Shown: piece after piece, positions 37,171-49,866 of the stretch | How the letters are laid out: the number at the start of each line of letters is the position of its first letter | Numbering within the stretch: the stretch's first letter is position 1 | NCBI GenBank assembly: GCA_963514005.1 | Contig: OY740802.1 | Span: forward strand, 7,378,001 to 7,442,000 | Source: Raja brachyura | Taxonomy: Eukaryota | Reading direction: 5' to 3' | DNA: 64,000 nt | The notes under the pieces: generated by a model | Seen by the model: the letters and a program-made list of their open reading frames with translations, nothing else | What the model was told of the DNA's origin: nothing | Databases searched by the model: none | Translations under genes and position numbers: made by a program

Positions 37171-37844
37171 ACATGTGCGTTGCAGACCGCTGAACGTGGT
37201 CGATGCTTAACTGTTCGAAGATGCAGCGTGGAAACTGGCCCTTCGGCCCATCTGCGTCCGTGCCAACCCACGACCACCCGTACACTGGCTCCATGCTATC
37301 CAAGGGCCTCATAAACGGGACGCGGATGGAACCCGGGCCTTAGTGTCGAGAAGCAGCGTGGACACGGGCACTCGGTGCCGAGCAGCGATCACCCGTCCAC
37401 ACTAGTCCTATCCTGCACACTGGGGACAATTTGCAAGCCTACACTCCTTTGGAACGTGGGAGGGAACCCATGCGCTCACAGGGTGAACGTGCAAACTCAG
37501 TGCAGGCAGCACCGGTGGTCAGGATTGAACCCAGTTCTGTGGTCCTGTAATGACGCAAAACGTTACAGCTGCGCCACCGTGCCGCCCCCAAAATTGGTCG
37601 TCCCAATAAACCTTTTCCTATCCATGTACCCGTGCAAGTGTCTTGTAAAAGCTGTGATCGTACATGCCTCAACTACCTCCTCCCACCAGCTCCCACTGAA
37701 AAAGATCCCCTGATTAAATCTTTCCCCTCTCACCTTAAACCTCTGTCCACTCGGTTTCTCGACTCCGCTACACTGGGTAAAAGACTGTGTGTGCATTCGC
37801 TCAGAGGTAACTTTAACGGGTCTGAAATTGTTCATTTTGTGCAG

Positions 37845-37947
37845 GAGTACTTTGAGCGTGACTCTGGAACAGGCAGTCATTTTAGCACGGAGCCACGGGC
37901 TTCTACCGAAATGCATCATGCAAGCCACAGATATAATGCGGAAACAG
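37845..37947 (+). CDS. PREX1: PREX1 exon: [34 protein letters not shown]
   Basis: gtgcag acceptor, cag|gtaaag donor; near-identical to remembered P-Rex1. Confidence 0.96.
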
Positions 37948-38391
37948 GTAAAGCCTTCAAATATCTGTTTCAGTTCAGTTTAGTTTATGGTCGTCTGCAC
38001 CGAGGTACGGTGAAAATCTTTTGTTGCGTGCTAACCAGTCAGTGGATAGGCAATACATGATTACAATCGAGCCGTCCACAGTGGACGGATACATGAGAAG
38101 GGAATAACATTTAGTGCAGGATAAATCCAGCAACGTCCAATCCAAGATAGTCTGAGGGTCTCCAATGAGGTAGATAGTAGTTCAAGACTGCTCTCTGGTT
38201 GTGGTTGGATGGTACAGTGGCCTGATAACAGCCGGGAAGAAATGGTCCCTGAATTTGGAGGTGTGCGTTGTCATATTTCCATATATCTTTTAGCCAGATG
38301 GGAGAGGGGAGAAGAGGGATGCACCTCGTCCATGATTACGCTGCTGGCCTTGCCGAGGCAATGTGAGGTATAAACGAAGTCAATGGAAAGG

Positions 38392-38950
38392 AGACACAAA
38401 ATGTTGGAGTGACTCAGTGGGACAGGCAGCATCTCTGGAGAGAAGGAATGGGCGACGTTTCGGGTTGAGACCCTTCTTCAAACTGGTGACATGGGAGTCG
38501 GTGAGATGGAGATAGATCGGTGGGAGAACTGGGAAGGGGGAGGGGATGGAGAGAGAGGGAAAGCAAGGGCTACTTGAAGTTAGAGGTCAATGTTCACACC
38601 GCTGGGGTGCAAACTACCCAAGCGGAATATGAGGTGCTGTTCCTCCAATTTGCACTGGGCCTCACTCTGGCAATGGAGGCGACCCAGGACAGAAAGGTCA
38701 GATTGGGAATGGGATGGGGAGTTGAAGCGCTGACCCACCGGGAGATCAGGTGGGTTAAGATGGACTGCGCTTGGTCTCAGTCCAGTTCACTTGGTTCCAG
38801 TTGTCAACAGGAGCTGACACCTGGAGCAGCGGATACAGTAGATGAGGTTGGAGGAGGTGCAGGTGAACCTCTGCCTCACCTGAAAAGACAGTCGGGGTCC
38901 TTGGATGGAGTCGAGGGGGGAGGTAAAGGGGCTAGTGTTGCATCTCCTGC
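38392..38950 (-). mobile_element. Penelope-like element fragment (GIY-YIG region plus pseudo-LTR), degraded
   Basis: Minus-strand translation FQVRQRFTCTSSNLIYCIRCSRCQLL; sequence similar to 36340-36838. Confidence 0.85.
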
Positions 38951-39215
38951 GGTTGGAGGGGGGATGAAGGGAGGTTGGTTTCTTTGATGGTCTGGGCTGC
39001 GTCCACAATTCTCTGCGATTTCTTGCGGCCTTGAATGGAGCTGCACCCCAACCAAGCTGCCTTGCATCCCCATAAAACATCTGTTGAATTAAGTGAACTC
39101 AAAGCCTGGGCCACCAGTTCCAAATGCAAGCAGCCAAGCCCCACAATCTGAGTGGTGTTTTTGTGTTTTTAATATAAAAAATATAAAAACAAAGAATTGG
39201 TTTTTATTCCTCCAG

Positions 39216-39283
39216 GGTGCAAGAGTCGAGAACTCTGCCAAAAACCTCAAAGCAATGGATCAGATGCCCCAGTCTGTACCAAG
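39216..39283 (+). CDS. PREX1: PREX1 penultimate exon: GARVENSAKNLKAMDQMPQSVP(R)
   Basis: ctccag acceptor, ag|gtaggc donor. Confidence 0.95.
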
Positions 39284-39539
39284 GTAGGCTACGGGTTTGT
39301 CCACTGCTGTATTTATGTGTGAGGTGTAGCAGTTATGCCTGTGGTTACTTGTATGTCAGCCAGAGCTAACAGACTAGTATTTCAGCATGTTTGCATCCAG
39401 TTTGTTATTGGGAATGGAAAAATATTTCAAATGGCAGACAGGATTTGAAATATTTTAAGGTGCTATTTCCTGTCCAGTACGTGCACTAATTCGAATCCAA
39501 ACGCACGCCTTCCTGTCCTGCTACCGTTCGATCCAATTG

Positions 39540-40200
39540 ATTTGCGAGAATGTTGCCGGGACCCGAGTGCCTGAGCTATGGGGAGAGGTTGAACAGGCTG
39601 GGACTCTTATTCCTTGGAGCGCTGGAGGATGAGGGGCGATCTTATAGCGGTATACAAAATCATGAGAGGAATAGATCGGGTAGACGCACAGAGTCTCTTG
39701 CCCAGAGTAGGGGAATAGAGAACCAGGGAACATAAGTTTAAGGTGGGGGGGGGGGGGGGGAAGATTTAACGAGAACCTGAGGGGTAACCTTTTCACACAA
39801 AGGGTGGTGGGTGTATGGAACGAGCTGCCGGAGGAGGTAGTTGAGGCAGGAACTATCGCAATGTTTAAGAAGCGTGTCTGTGGAATTCTCTGCCTCAGAG
39901 GGCGGTGGAGGCAGGTTCTCTGATTGCTTTCAAGGGAGAGCTAGATAGGGCTCTTAAAAATAGCGGAATCAGGGGATATGGGGAGAAGGCAGGAACAGGG
40001 TACTGATTGGGGATGATCAGCCATGATCACATTGAATGGCAGTGCCGGCTCGAAGGGCCGAATGGCCTACTCCTGCACCTATTGTCTATTGTTTTGACAG
40101 GTATATGGATAGGACAGGTTTAAAGGGATATGTGCCAAACGCAGGTAGGTGGGATTAGTGTTGGCAAGTTGGGCTGAAGGGCCTGTTTCTACGCTGTAAC
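39540..40200 (+). mobile_element. CR1 3' fragment with a younger CR1 tail nested at about 39876-40092
   Basis: MLPGPECLSYGERLNRLGL...; inner ctgtggaattctctgcctcagag...ctattgtctattg. Confidence 0.8.
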
Positions 40201-40217
40201 ACTGATCTGTGCTGTAA

Positions 40218-40762
40218 AGGGCCTGTCCCACCAGCATGCAACTCCATGCGATGAGCGCGACTTAACGTGGTCGCATGAGCCGTCCGGCGTCGCGGGGCCG
40301 GTCCCACTTCGATTGCCGGAGCCGTGCGGAATTGTGCGGCGTTTGTCCCGACATCGCGCGGGGTTCCGAAAAACTGAACGTGTTCAAAAATTCCGCGCGG
40401 CAACGGCTTGTCGGCTCGCAGTCGCCTCGACGCATTGTACACCGCCTCGACATCGTGCCTCCGTGACCCTATATGTAGGTGCCTCCGTGACCCTCTCTGT
40501 GTGTGCCTCTGTGCCCCTCTCTGTGTGTCCCTCTCTGTCCTGGCGAACTTACCTTTAAGACTTCGCTCCAAGTTCGCCTCACTTTGCGCAGCGTTGCGCC
40601 ATTCACCCGACCTCCGCGCGGCCCTCGCTGCCGGTTTGGTCACGCTTGCCGCATGCTGGTGGGAACGGGCCCTGTACGGGGATCACCCGACCTCCGCGCG
40701 GCCCCCGCTGCCGGTTTGGTTGCGCTCACCGCATGGTATCGCATGCTGGTGGGACAGGCCCT
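40218..40762. mobile_element. PIF/Harbinger-type MITE with duplicated right end
   Basis: TAA|AGGGCCTGTCCCACCAGCATGC...GCATGCTGGTGGGACAGGCCCT|TAA; about 70-bp internal repeat near 40603 and 40683. Confidence 0.85.
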
Positions 40763-41645
40763 TAAGCCTCTATGACCTTCTTGGTACAGCAGGTGCTGGA
40801 ATTCCCCCTGAGCAAAGGCACAGACAACTAATCGGTTTACCATCATGGTAAACTATCTCCATTTCTCTCTCTCCACCTGTCAGCTCTGACACAGTTTGAT
40901 ATGTTAAGCATCCTCCATTGATCAAACACACACTGCTGCCATCACCCAGTCCCACACTGCTACTGCTCTGATCTGTTCTTTGTTTCCTGTTCATGCCTCT
41001 CATCTCCCTCTCCACCCCAACTCTCAGTCTGAAGAAGGGTCTCGACCCGAGATGCCACCTATTATTGTTCCCCAGAGACGCGGCCTGACCCGCTGAGGTA
41101 CTCCAGCGCTTTGTGTCTATCTTGGGCATAAACCAGCATCTGCAGTTCCTTCCAGTCTATCCGCTCTTGCTTACCTGGCCATGGATGGAGAATCTACCTG
41201 AAAGGTTCTCCTCCACCTTTGGCACAGTTAATGCTGGAGACCTGAAGCTGGACCTTGGATCTTTGACAAGCTGCCAACCCAGTACATCATTCAGGAACGC
41301 CCTCGGCTGCCAAGCGTATGTTCCTGATTCTCCACCTCTCTCTTGTAACGTTTTTCATCTCTTATTTGTCACACAATCTGTCTTCTAAAAAGCGGCCGCA
41401 ATTTTCTTCAGTTAAATCTTCAATTCAACGTCTTTGTCAGATATTCTGTACATACATACAACCAAGTCAAACTCGAGTACAATTCACAAAGGTGAAGATA
41501 GGGTGTGCAAAACATAGTTCTCAGCAATGAAGACGCATCAGTTCCAGAGGCCAAGTCGAATGTCCGCAATGGGGTAGAGGTGAATCGGACAGTACCCCAG
41601 CTTATGGAAGGACCGTTCAGAAGACTGATAACAGAGGGGAAAAAG

Positions 41646-42680
41646 TAGCAATGTTACAAAATTTTGAGATTTAAAAAATGAAGTCTGCAAGTCTTTATCC
41701 CGTCAGATAAAGCATAAAAAGAAGTTTAATTTGACACCTAATTCACTTTCATATCTTCAGTATTAAGAAAGTTATGACCATTTTCATACTCGGAAATTAG
41801 CATCTTGTTCCCCATTGCCTTTCAATTGACTTAACTCAAAAGCTGTGATCTGGAACAGTTAAAAGCCCATAACTTAAAAATTAAGAGAACTCAATGAAAT
41901 TTTCAGTTATTATAGATTGAAGCATTCTGAAACAAATATGAAACAATCTTACTTGGATGACCTGAAATTAAAGCATATAATTAGTTAGTTATCTAATTGT
42001 AGCTAATTACAAAATTCAATGAGTAGATCTAAACATCTATCCATTTCTTAAGAAAAAGATAAACTTTTTTTAAATTGCCTAAGTGTCCAAATAACATTCA
42101 CACAATAATCCACAATATAACATGATTTTTAAATCATTAAATTTTCATGAATTTCTGTGCCAAATGGAATGAATTTTGTGTTTAATGCCTGTAAATTAAT
42201 GGCCATTTAAATCAACTAGCGAGTGGGTTTTAGTGGAATGCGGTGGATTGGAACGTTGTGGTTTGCTGTGAAGTCGGTATGAAAAATACAGCCGGTTCAT
42301 ACATTTTTTTTGGACCCCATTTCGCAACATGAAAATATTATTAAAGCCTCCATAAAAACCAACTTTTAATATAAAAATAAACTGTGTACCTTTTTTCCCC
42401 TACGCAAAATCCTTCCCGTTATCGGCGCTCACGGCTTTTGAAGGTGATTTTTAAATTACTCTAGATAATAAATAATCTAGCGTAATTTAAAAATACCTTC
42501 ATTAATGAAATGTCGGAGCGATTTTTCTTCCGCAACGAAATCGCCCGACATTGATCGATTTGTCCAGTCTGAAGAAAAACGGCACTTTAAGCCCGCCCCC
42601 CTCTGAAAGGCGCCAAAGTCACGCACACGGGGAGCGGCAGAACTGCAGCGCTGCTCAAGGTAAGTTTTGTAACATACCTA
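41646..42680. mobile_element. Second, longer copy of the 7-bp-TSD DNA transposon
   Basis: TAGCAATGTTACAAAA...TTTTGTAACATACCTA; TSD gaaaaag (41639-41645 / 42681-42687); splits a minus-strand Rex/L2-type fragment. Confidence 0.85.
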
Positions 42681-42789
42681 GAAAAAGCTGTTCCTGAGTC
42701 TGGTGGTGCGCGCTTTCAAGCTTCTGCATCTTCTGCCTGACGGGAACGGGGAGAAGGAGGAATGACTGGGCTGGGACAAGCCTTTGATT

Positions 42790-43075
42790 TAGCTTTGAGT
42801 TACAGCATGGAAACAGGCCCTTCAGTCCATCTAGTCCACGCCGACCAGCGATCCCAACAAACTAACGACATCCTACACACACGTGGGACAACTTACAATT
42901 AGTCTACAAACCTGTACGCCTCTGGAGTGTGGGAGGAAACCGGCGCACCCGGGGAAAACCCACGCAGGTCACGGGGTGAACGTGCAAACTCCATACAGAC
43001 AGCACCTGTAGTCAGGATTGAACCTGGGTCTCTGGCACTGTGAGGCAGCAACTTGACCGCTGCGCCCCTTGTGGC
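42790..43075 (-). mobile_element. HE1/V-SINE-type SINE
   Basis: Same architecture. Confidence 0.8.
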
Positions 43076-44039
43076 ACCGATCATGTTGGTTCCTTTTCCG
43101 AAGGGTGGTGACGTGTAGGTGGGGTGTCTGCTCTCAGTGAGGGACCCTGGTTGCAACTTCCACAACTGTCTGCAGTGTCTTGTGGTCTTGGGCAGAGCTT
43201 GTTCCCAAACTAAGATGCAACCCTGACAGTGGCGCGTCTGCAGGAGTTTGTAAAAAGTATATTTCTTCAGCGGATAAAAGATTGTAAACTTGCAGATGGA
43301 CACAAAATGCCGGTGAAACTCAGCGGGTCAAGCAGCATCTCCGGAGCAAAGGAAGAGGTGATGGTTCGGGTCAGAACCTTTCTCCAGTCTGAAGACTTGC
43401 GGTACCCTAGCGTCACCAGTCTCAAGAAGGGGTACGACCTGAAATGCCGCCTATTCCTTTTCACCAGAGATGCTGCCAGACCCACTGAGTCACTCCGGCG
43501 CTGTCCGCGCACGGGTCCCCGGTTACTTCCCCGGTGAAGGGAGGAGATGCGGATCTATACCGCACTCACGCATGCGCGCGGGACGGGTCTGTCGGCCACC
43601 CCTTGGGTATTGGGATTTTGTGTAAACCATCTATACGTCCCTGTATGTGTTATTAGCGTTCTGGGTACTGTATTACTAAGCCATCATGTATTAGTGTGTT
43701 CATGTTTATAGACAGCCTGCATTTAGATGTGCTTCATTTTATTTCTACAAGGAAAGATGTAGATTGGTTACTCCACACTAACCAATTATAGTGCTTTATT
43801 ATTAGAAGCTCTGCCTGCTACACGGTTTATATTATTGTAGCCCAGCTGGTGCTGTTAGTCTATTTGTCGCTACATGAGCTATAACTACATGCTGAAGTGT
43901 ACTGCAAGTGATCTTTCACGTAACACTGTTGTGCCATGTTTGTGAGAATGACTGGGTCATTTACATGCAGTATTAAACCAGCGTCTGCAGTTCCTTCCTA
44001 CACGTTGTAAACTCGCAACTCCCTTCACTTTTCTCCTAG

Positions 44040-44082
44040 GCTCTACCGTCTTTGCCAGCCGCCTTCAGATGGAGATCTATGA
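44040..44082 (+). CDS. PREX1: PREX1 terminal coding exon: RLYRLCQPPSDGDL*
   Basis: ctcctag acceptor after a pyrimidine tract; TGA at 44080-44082; matches remembered P-Rex1 C-terminus RLYRLCQPPVDGDL. Confidence 0.95.
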
Positions 44083-44641
44083 AAGATGCTTTGCTGCGGA
44101 TTCCTGATCCTTCAGAGAATTGGAGCTGCTGGGATGTGGTCAACTTGTGGCGTCTGTGTTTCGTTAAACCAAGCTCTGGCGTGTCTGCGTTTGCACAGTA
44201 ACACAATAGCGGTGTTGCAAGCTGCGTTGTGAACTGGAACTGGAGTCACTTGGTGTATATCCATTTATATCAAGCTGGTGGTGATCAAGCTGCTTGCCCT
44301 CCTCTGCCGGCTCATGGATATTGTGGCTACGTCAACCTAAATAACAGCTATTGATAAGAACCATATCGTTGTGGATGGGACATGCATGAGATAGTTCAAG
44401 TTTTACTAACTAACGACAATGTGTGTGTGTGTGCGCACGTACTCCCCTGACACCCACCACCATTACTCCCCTTTCCCCTTCTTCATGTCTTGCAAATATG
44501 CCAATCGCAATGACGATGTTGGTTTTTACAATATCAAAAAACTCTGCCTAGAATTCACTGAAATAAAAGCAGAATTAAATATAAATAGGTCGCTGAATTA
44601 GCTCGACCATATTCCAGCTATTCTACAATCTTTAGCCAGTA

Positions 44642-44902
44642 CGGGTCCACCACTGATTTTCCAGTACCCTCGGTTCCAGAGCCTTATCCGTTTTGCCGGA
44701 ACAAGCGAGGTCGCGGCCTCTGAGAGGAGACCGACGCAAGTCGGCCTCGGAGGTTGGGGATGGGAGCGGATCTGCCGGAGTTCCAGAGCCCCGGGCCGCA
44801 GGGAACAACTTCGACCCGCCAATCAGCTGCGGATCTTGTAATTCTGTCCGGATTCAAGGAGGTGCCGGACCACCAGTTGCTGGCAAATCTGTGGTGGACC
44901 CG
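44642..44902. mobile_element. Tc1/mariner-pogo (Tigger-like) MITE in the putative 3' UTR
   Basis: TA|CGGGTCCACCA...TGGTGGACCCG|TA; a related left end at about 25950 (aagtccaccgccgattttccagca). Confidence 0.75.
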
Positions 44903-47900
44903 TAGCGGCAACATAACCTACACTTGCATGGAGCTGAGATATTGTCGACACAGCTGCAGGAATCAAGTCTGTTTAGATGGGTCTAGGCCTATCCTGCTAC
45001 TGATTCCGATTTTAGTCAAGAAATTTAAAACTTGCTGCACTATCACACATCCCTAGTTTTAAGCCCTTCCGAGGCGGCAGCATCGAATACCATACACCTG
45101 GACTTGCCCGAACTGGACCTATTCTTCTACTGAATTAATACTTTAATTCCCCCATATACTTTCTAAAACCGGACAATAGCTGTGTAAGTCAAGAACGCAA
45201 GTGCAACGCGACAGTTAATCTATTGTAGCCCTTCTATGTAGAATTACAATTCAATTATAAAGGAAAGACCCCTCAAATTTCTAAAAACCACGGCAGAAAT
45301 GTTTCACATTTGGCTAAAATCTGAAGAATTCCACTCGCGAGTTTTCGAGCGATGTCACCGAGCACTGGGGTGTCCTGGTGGATGGAGCCATCTTGTCTGG
45401 ACTGATAAAGACGTCCATTCTTACTGAGGGAGAAATCGTCCATATTAAATTATTGACCGTTTTATTTAAGCCATTTGTGACAAGTTGTCCGGGCATGAAA
45501 ATACGGCGGTGCATATCATGTTTACATCCGAGCGGAGATCTTAAATGCTTCTCAAATAGTATATATTCACACAAAATCTGTAACTGAATTAATGAAAGAT
45601 AAATTGAACTCGGGTGCTTGAGAGGAGTAGGCAGACTATATTATTTTTCAACAGTGTATGGCAAGTATTTTTTTGCTGATATTTAGGGCAGAATTCTATA
45701 ACAACTGTCTGAATTGTTCTAAATTGTGCCCTTTGTGTCACAGTTGAGTCGGGGGGACTTGCAAGAATTTTGATTTTAGTACTAACTTTTAAAAATCAGT
45801 GGTACATTTGCACATTTGCATACATGTTGAAACTGATGGGCAGAGCTCCATGTTAAAGCCCTTTTTAACAGTGCCTTAAAAATATAGAAATAGCTCCGAC
45901 AATTCAGTTGCTTTTTCTTTGGGTACAATTTTGTTCAAAGCTAACACGGTAAATATTTTATCACATTTAATCTATTTTTTTACATTGTAAGATATTTTCA
46001 GTTGCAATTGTTTTAAAACCACGCTAACCATTTACCTGGCCGGCGGATGCTGTCTTGGTGGAGTTTGCGCGTACGTGCTTTTAAATTGTGGATGTGAACG
46101 TTTTGCTTTAGATTTAGGTGGGACGATGAGAGAAGTAAGATAACAAATGTTTAATCCTGACATCGAGCTCCTATTTTCTAACGCTTATCAATCTGTATCC
46201 TGGGGTGTCTATAATCTAGAAAATCATAAGTTCATAAGATGATGAGATAGGAGTAAAATTAGGCCATTCGGCCCATCAAGTCTACTCCGCCGTTCAATAA
46301 TGGCTGATCGCTCTATCTCTCACCTAGCCCCATTCTCCTGCCTTCTCCCCATAACCCCTGACACCCGTACTAATCAAGAATCTATCTACCTCTGCCTTAA
46401 AAATGGATAGAAGCAAAATGCTGGAGTAACTCAGCGGGCCAGGCAGCATCTCTGGAGATAATGAATAGGTGATGTTTCAGATTTAGAACCCTTCTTCAGA
46501 CTTTGAAACGAAACGTCACCTGTTTCTTTTCTCCAGGGATGCCACCCGATCCGCTGAGTTACTCCAGCATTTTGTGTCGATCTTCGGCGTAAACCAGCAT
46601 CTGCAGATCCTTCCGACACATCTAGGAAATGGGACTTTGTGTCAAACCAATTTCACTGAACTACAAGTTCAAATTGTAATTGAGTAATATCAACCTGACC
46701 CAAAAAGCATCGACCAAAATGTTTGTAGACAGACACAAAATGCTGGAGTAACTCAGCGGGTCAGGCAGCATCTCGGGAGAAAAGGAATAGGTGACGTTTC
46801 GGTTCGAGACCTTTCTTCAGGCTCGTGTTCGGTTCAGATCAGCCATACTTGTGAAAAATCTAGAATTGTAGTTTCCCAGTTTGAGAATCTCAGACCACTC
46901 GTGTTTTATCCTTACATTTATATACCATTTCTGTTTGTCTAGTCTGTGTGGCTTCAGTGCCGTTTTAGTGTAGGGTCTAGTTAACTTGGTTCTGTGCAGT
47001 TCTAAGTCTGGAGAATTCCCTGGGACAACTTGGTGAGACCTTACAGATGTAATAGTGCAATATTTCATTTATTTTTCCTCCTTAATCCTCTCCTCCCATT
47101 TTTTTTTTTGTTTGTGGTTACTTGAGGATTCTTGCGATGTGTGTATAGGTGCCAGGAACTCGTTCGAGTGAGGCAGGTGACCATACCCAGGGTGTGATCT
47201 AAAATGGGGATTGATGCCAGACTTTTGCTTTGGGGCCTGCTTGTGCATAATTTCCATCAGGGCTTTTCCACCAGACAGAAATCTGTATTTTATCCCCTCC
47301 ACTGCTGTGCTACCTCAAGTCTTTCATAGACTTGGATTGGACACCAGACTGGATGTTCTGGACTTATTCTACACATTATGAAATAAGAAACATTTTTAGC
47401 TCCGACGTCTACTTTGTGCTCCCCCCTCCATCCCCCTTATTACACCTTTTACCCCTTGGTTTACCGTGTACCAGATTAAAATTTCAAACTTGTTAAGCAA
47501 AGATTTGAAACGAGACAATTAAAGATTTTGTTTTTGGCACGGATAGATACTTTGGCAATCTCACATACACTGAAGCTTTGTCCGTGGTCGACAATTGACA
47601 ATTTGCGTGTATTCAGCAGAAATAGAATTATCCTGTGAGTTTGCATTTAAATGTAGTAATCCACTGTTTACATGTCTGTTGAAATGCAACATTTTGTACA
47701 TAGTTGTGTGTCCAATTTTAAAATGCTTCATACTGCGCAGAGAGTGCTGTAGTTATTTTGAGTCTTGCCTCATCCTTGTTTACCAGAGCACAGCGACTGT
47801 CTAAAACATTCAGGATCATTAATGCCTTTCACTTGAAGTCCTAGAAAGTCCAAAATAGGTTGCACCTCTCCTGTGGAAGTTGTCAATTCATAGACTCATA

Positions 47901-48407
47901 AAATCATAAGTGATCAGAGTAGAATTATGTCATTTTGCCATTCAGTCATGGCTGATCTATCTCTCCCTCCTAACCCCATTCTCCTGCCTTCTCCCCATAA
48001 CCCCTGACACCCGCACTAATCAAGAATCTATCTATCTCTGCCTTAAAAATATCCATTGACTTGGCCTCCACAGCCTTCTGTGGCAAAGAATTCCACAGAT
48101 TCACCACTCTGACTCTTAAAACTAAGACAATCATTTTGCTTGATTTAGATGAAGGAAAGTACAAAGCTCTTTGCAGCTACTGTCATTACCAGTGCAATAC
48201 TTTTTTTTTAATCAAATACCACAAGGAAGAGGTGCACTTTCATCCAATGACTTAATACAATTTGACACAAAGCTGGTATAATGCTGGTAACCATTGTTTT
48301 GCTAATGTAAATAAATTAGGGTTGTGATGTAGTTAAAAAAAAAATAATTCTACATTGTACAGAAAGTTCGATTAATGTTATTTTATTGATAGTTTAACCT
48401 GCTAGGC

Positions 48408-48413
48408 AATAAA
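48408..48413 (+). terminator. Candidate distal polyadenylation signal AATAAA
   Basis: Canonical hexamer followed by ttttatttacgttttg (U-rich downstream element). Confidence 0.45.
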
Positions 48414-48798
48414 TTTTTATTTACGTTTTGACAGTTGTCTGCCTTAATATTTTTTTTTGTTCATTTACTAATTGGGCTACAAAATGATTGCAAACAAGCT
48501 TACCATTCTAAGCATGTTACTTGCTGCAGTCGGGTAATATTTCTGTTTAAGCGTCCAAATTAAAAAATCTTTGTACAGCCAAATATTGTACATTATTCTT
48601 GCGTGTTACCAGAGGTTTGTTTTAGTTTAGAGATACAGATTGTCGCAGGCCCTATGGCCGACCGAGTCCACGCTGACCATTGATTTAACATCACCATCAT
48701 CAACGGGCACAGTTCCGTACAATGCCGTGTGCGACAGTGATTGCAACTTCTACTGAAGTGTGGATGGCCGTTGGCTCGCCAAGATCTCATCCGCCCTT

Positions 48799-48895
48799 CT
48801 GTCTGAATAAGGGTTTCGGCCCAAAACGTCGCCTATCTCCTTCGCTCCTTAGATGCTGCTGCACCCGCTGAGTTTCTCCAGCCTTTTGTGTAACG
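48799..48895 (+). mobile_element. Penelope pseudo-LTR mini-element (mutated hammerhead core)
   Basis: ctgaataagggtttcggcccaaaacgtc; TSD ctcatccgc(c/a)ctt at 48786 and 48896. Confidence 0.7.
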
Positions 48896-49271
48896 CTCAT
48901 CCGCACTTTGACGGGTCTTGTTTTTGGTCCTGCTGGTGGTCCACAGCCCCCTCCTCACCTGGCAAACCAGGTCACCGACCAGGGAACTTCTCCCCCCCCC
49001 CCCCCCCCCCCCTCACTTTAAAACCTTGACCTCTTTGGGGCAAAAATGTCTTTGACATTCCCTGCCTGGGGGAGAAGGATTCTGACTCTCTCCCCTAATC
49101 CCTGCCTCTCACAATTTTCCATATCCTCAAATACCAATATATTAAAAAGTGGCCTTTTTGATAAATGTGTTGAAAGAATCCTTAGTTTCTCCGATAGGAC
49201 AGATTAGCGATTTTTATTTACATTTTCAACTTTTGCCCTATTTTATTTCATTTTTAATAAATTTAACTCAG

Positions 49272-49585
49272 AGTGGCGTAGTTGGAGGAGCTGCTGCCTC
49301 ACAGCACCAGAGGCCCAAGTTCAATTCGGACCTCAGCTGCTGTCTGTGCGGAGTTTGCACGCTCTCCGTGTAACCATGTGGGTTTCTTCCGGGTGCTCCG
49401 GTTTCCTCCCACATTTCAAAGACACGCAGGTTTGTAGGTTCATTGGCCCTCTGTCAAATGCCGCCAGTGTGTATGTAGGGAGTGGAGGAGAATGTGGGAT
49501 AACTCAGAACCTGTGTGAACGGGCGATCGAGGGTCGGCATGGACTCGGCGGGCTGAAGAGCCTGTTTCCATGTTGTATCTCAAAA
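49272..49585 (+). mobile_element. HE1/V-SINE-type SINE
   Basis: V-domain gtgcggagtttgcacgctctcc...tttcctcccaca. Confidence 0.8.
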
Positions 49586-49866
49586 AATAAATTAATTACA
49601 GCTTAAGAATGGGAAAGATTCTTTGGCAACAGAGTCCGATCAGCATCAGACAGTGGTCTCTATGAATGACTTTAAAAATCTTTCTCCTTAAATGCAGTTC
49701 CATAGTGTTAGTTTGAAACTGACTCCATCTACAGGAGATCTTTGACGAACAATTGTAAAATTCTGAAGAGGAAAGGAGAATGCAGATGCTGGAATCAGAA
49801 ACTACAAACTACACGCTGGAAGATCTCGTGGGTTAAACTGCGTCTGTGGAGGCAAAATGTATTCGC

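Larger units (their letters stand above)
33903..37590 (-). mobile_element. Series of minus-strand SINEs (about 33903-34230, 35163-35508, 35690-35940, 35960-36246, 37215-37590)
   Basis: Repeated gagatacagcgcggaaacaggccc...ggagaaaacccacgcaggtcacggggagaacg...ctgcgccaccgtgc; the interval also contains an exon and a Penelope fragment. Confidence 0.8.
44083..48435 (+). other. Probable PREX1 3' UTR (end uncertain)
   Basis: AT-rich, comparatively repeat-poor sequence after the stop; AATAAA at 44562, 48310 and 48408, the last followed by T/GT-rich sequence. Confidence 0.5.

Noticed and set aside
40155-40851. Overlapping GC-rich ORFs and CpG-island-like patch
   Set aside because: Lies within the Harbinger MITE; stop-poor because of GC content.
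43500-43610. Promoter-like patch (CGCATGCGC NRF1-like, ACTTCC ETS-like motifs)
   Set aside because: Short motifs in about 100 bp next to a TE; no supporting evidence from sequence alone.
48688-48985. Possible HDV ribozyme in a minus-strand RTE-like short element with (GAT)n tail
   Set aside because: I could not assign P1-P3 and J4/2 in the right order by eye; left uncalled.
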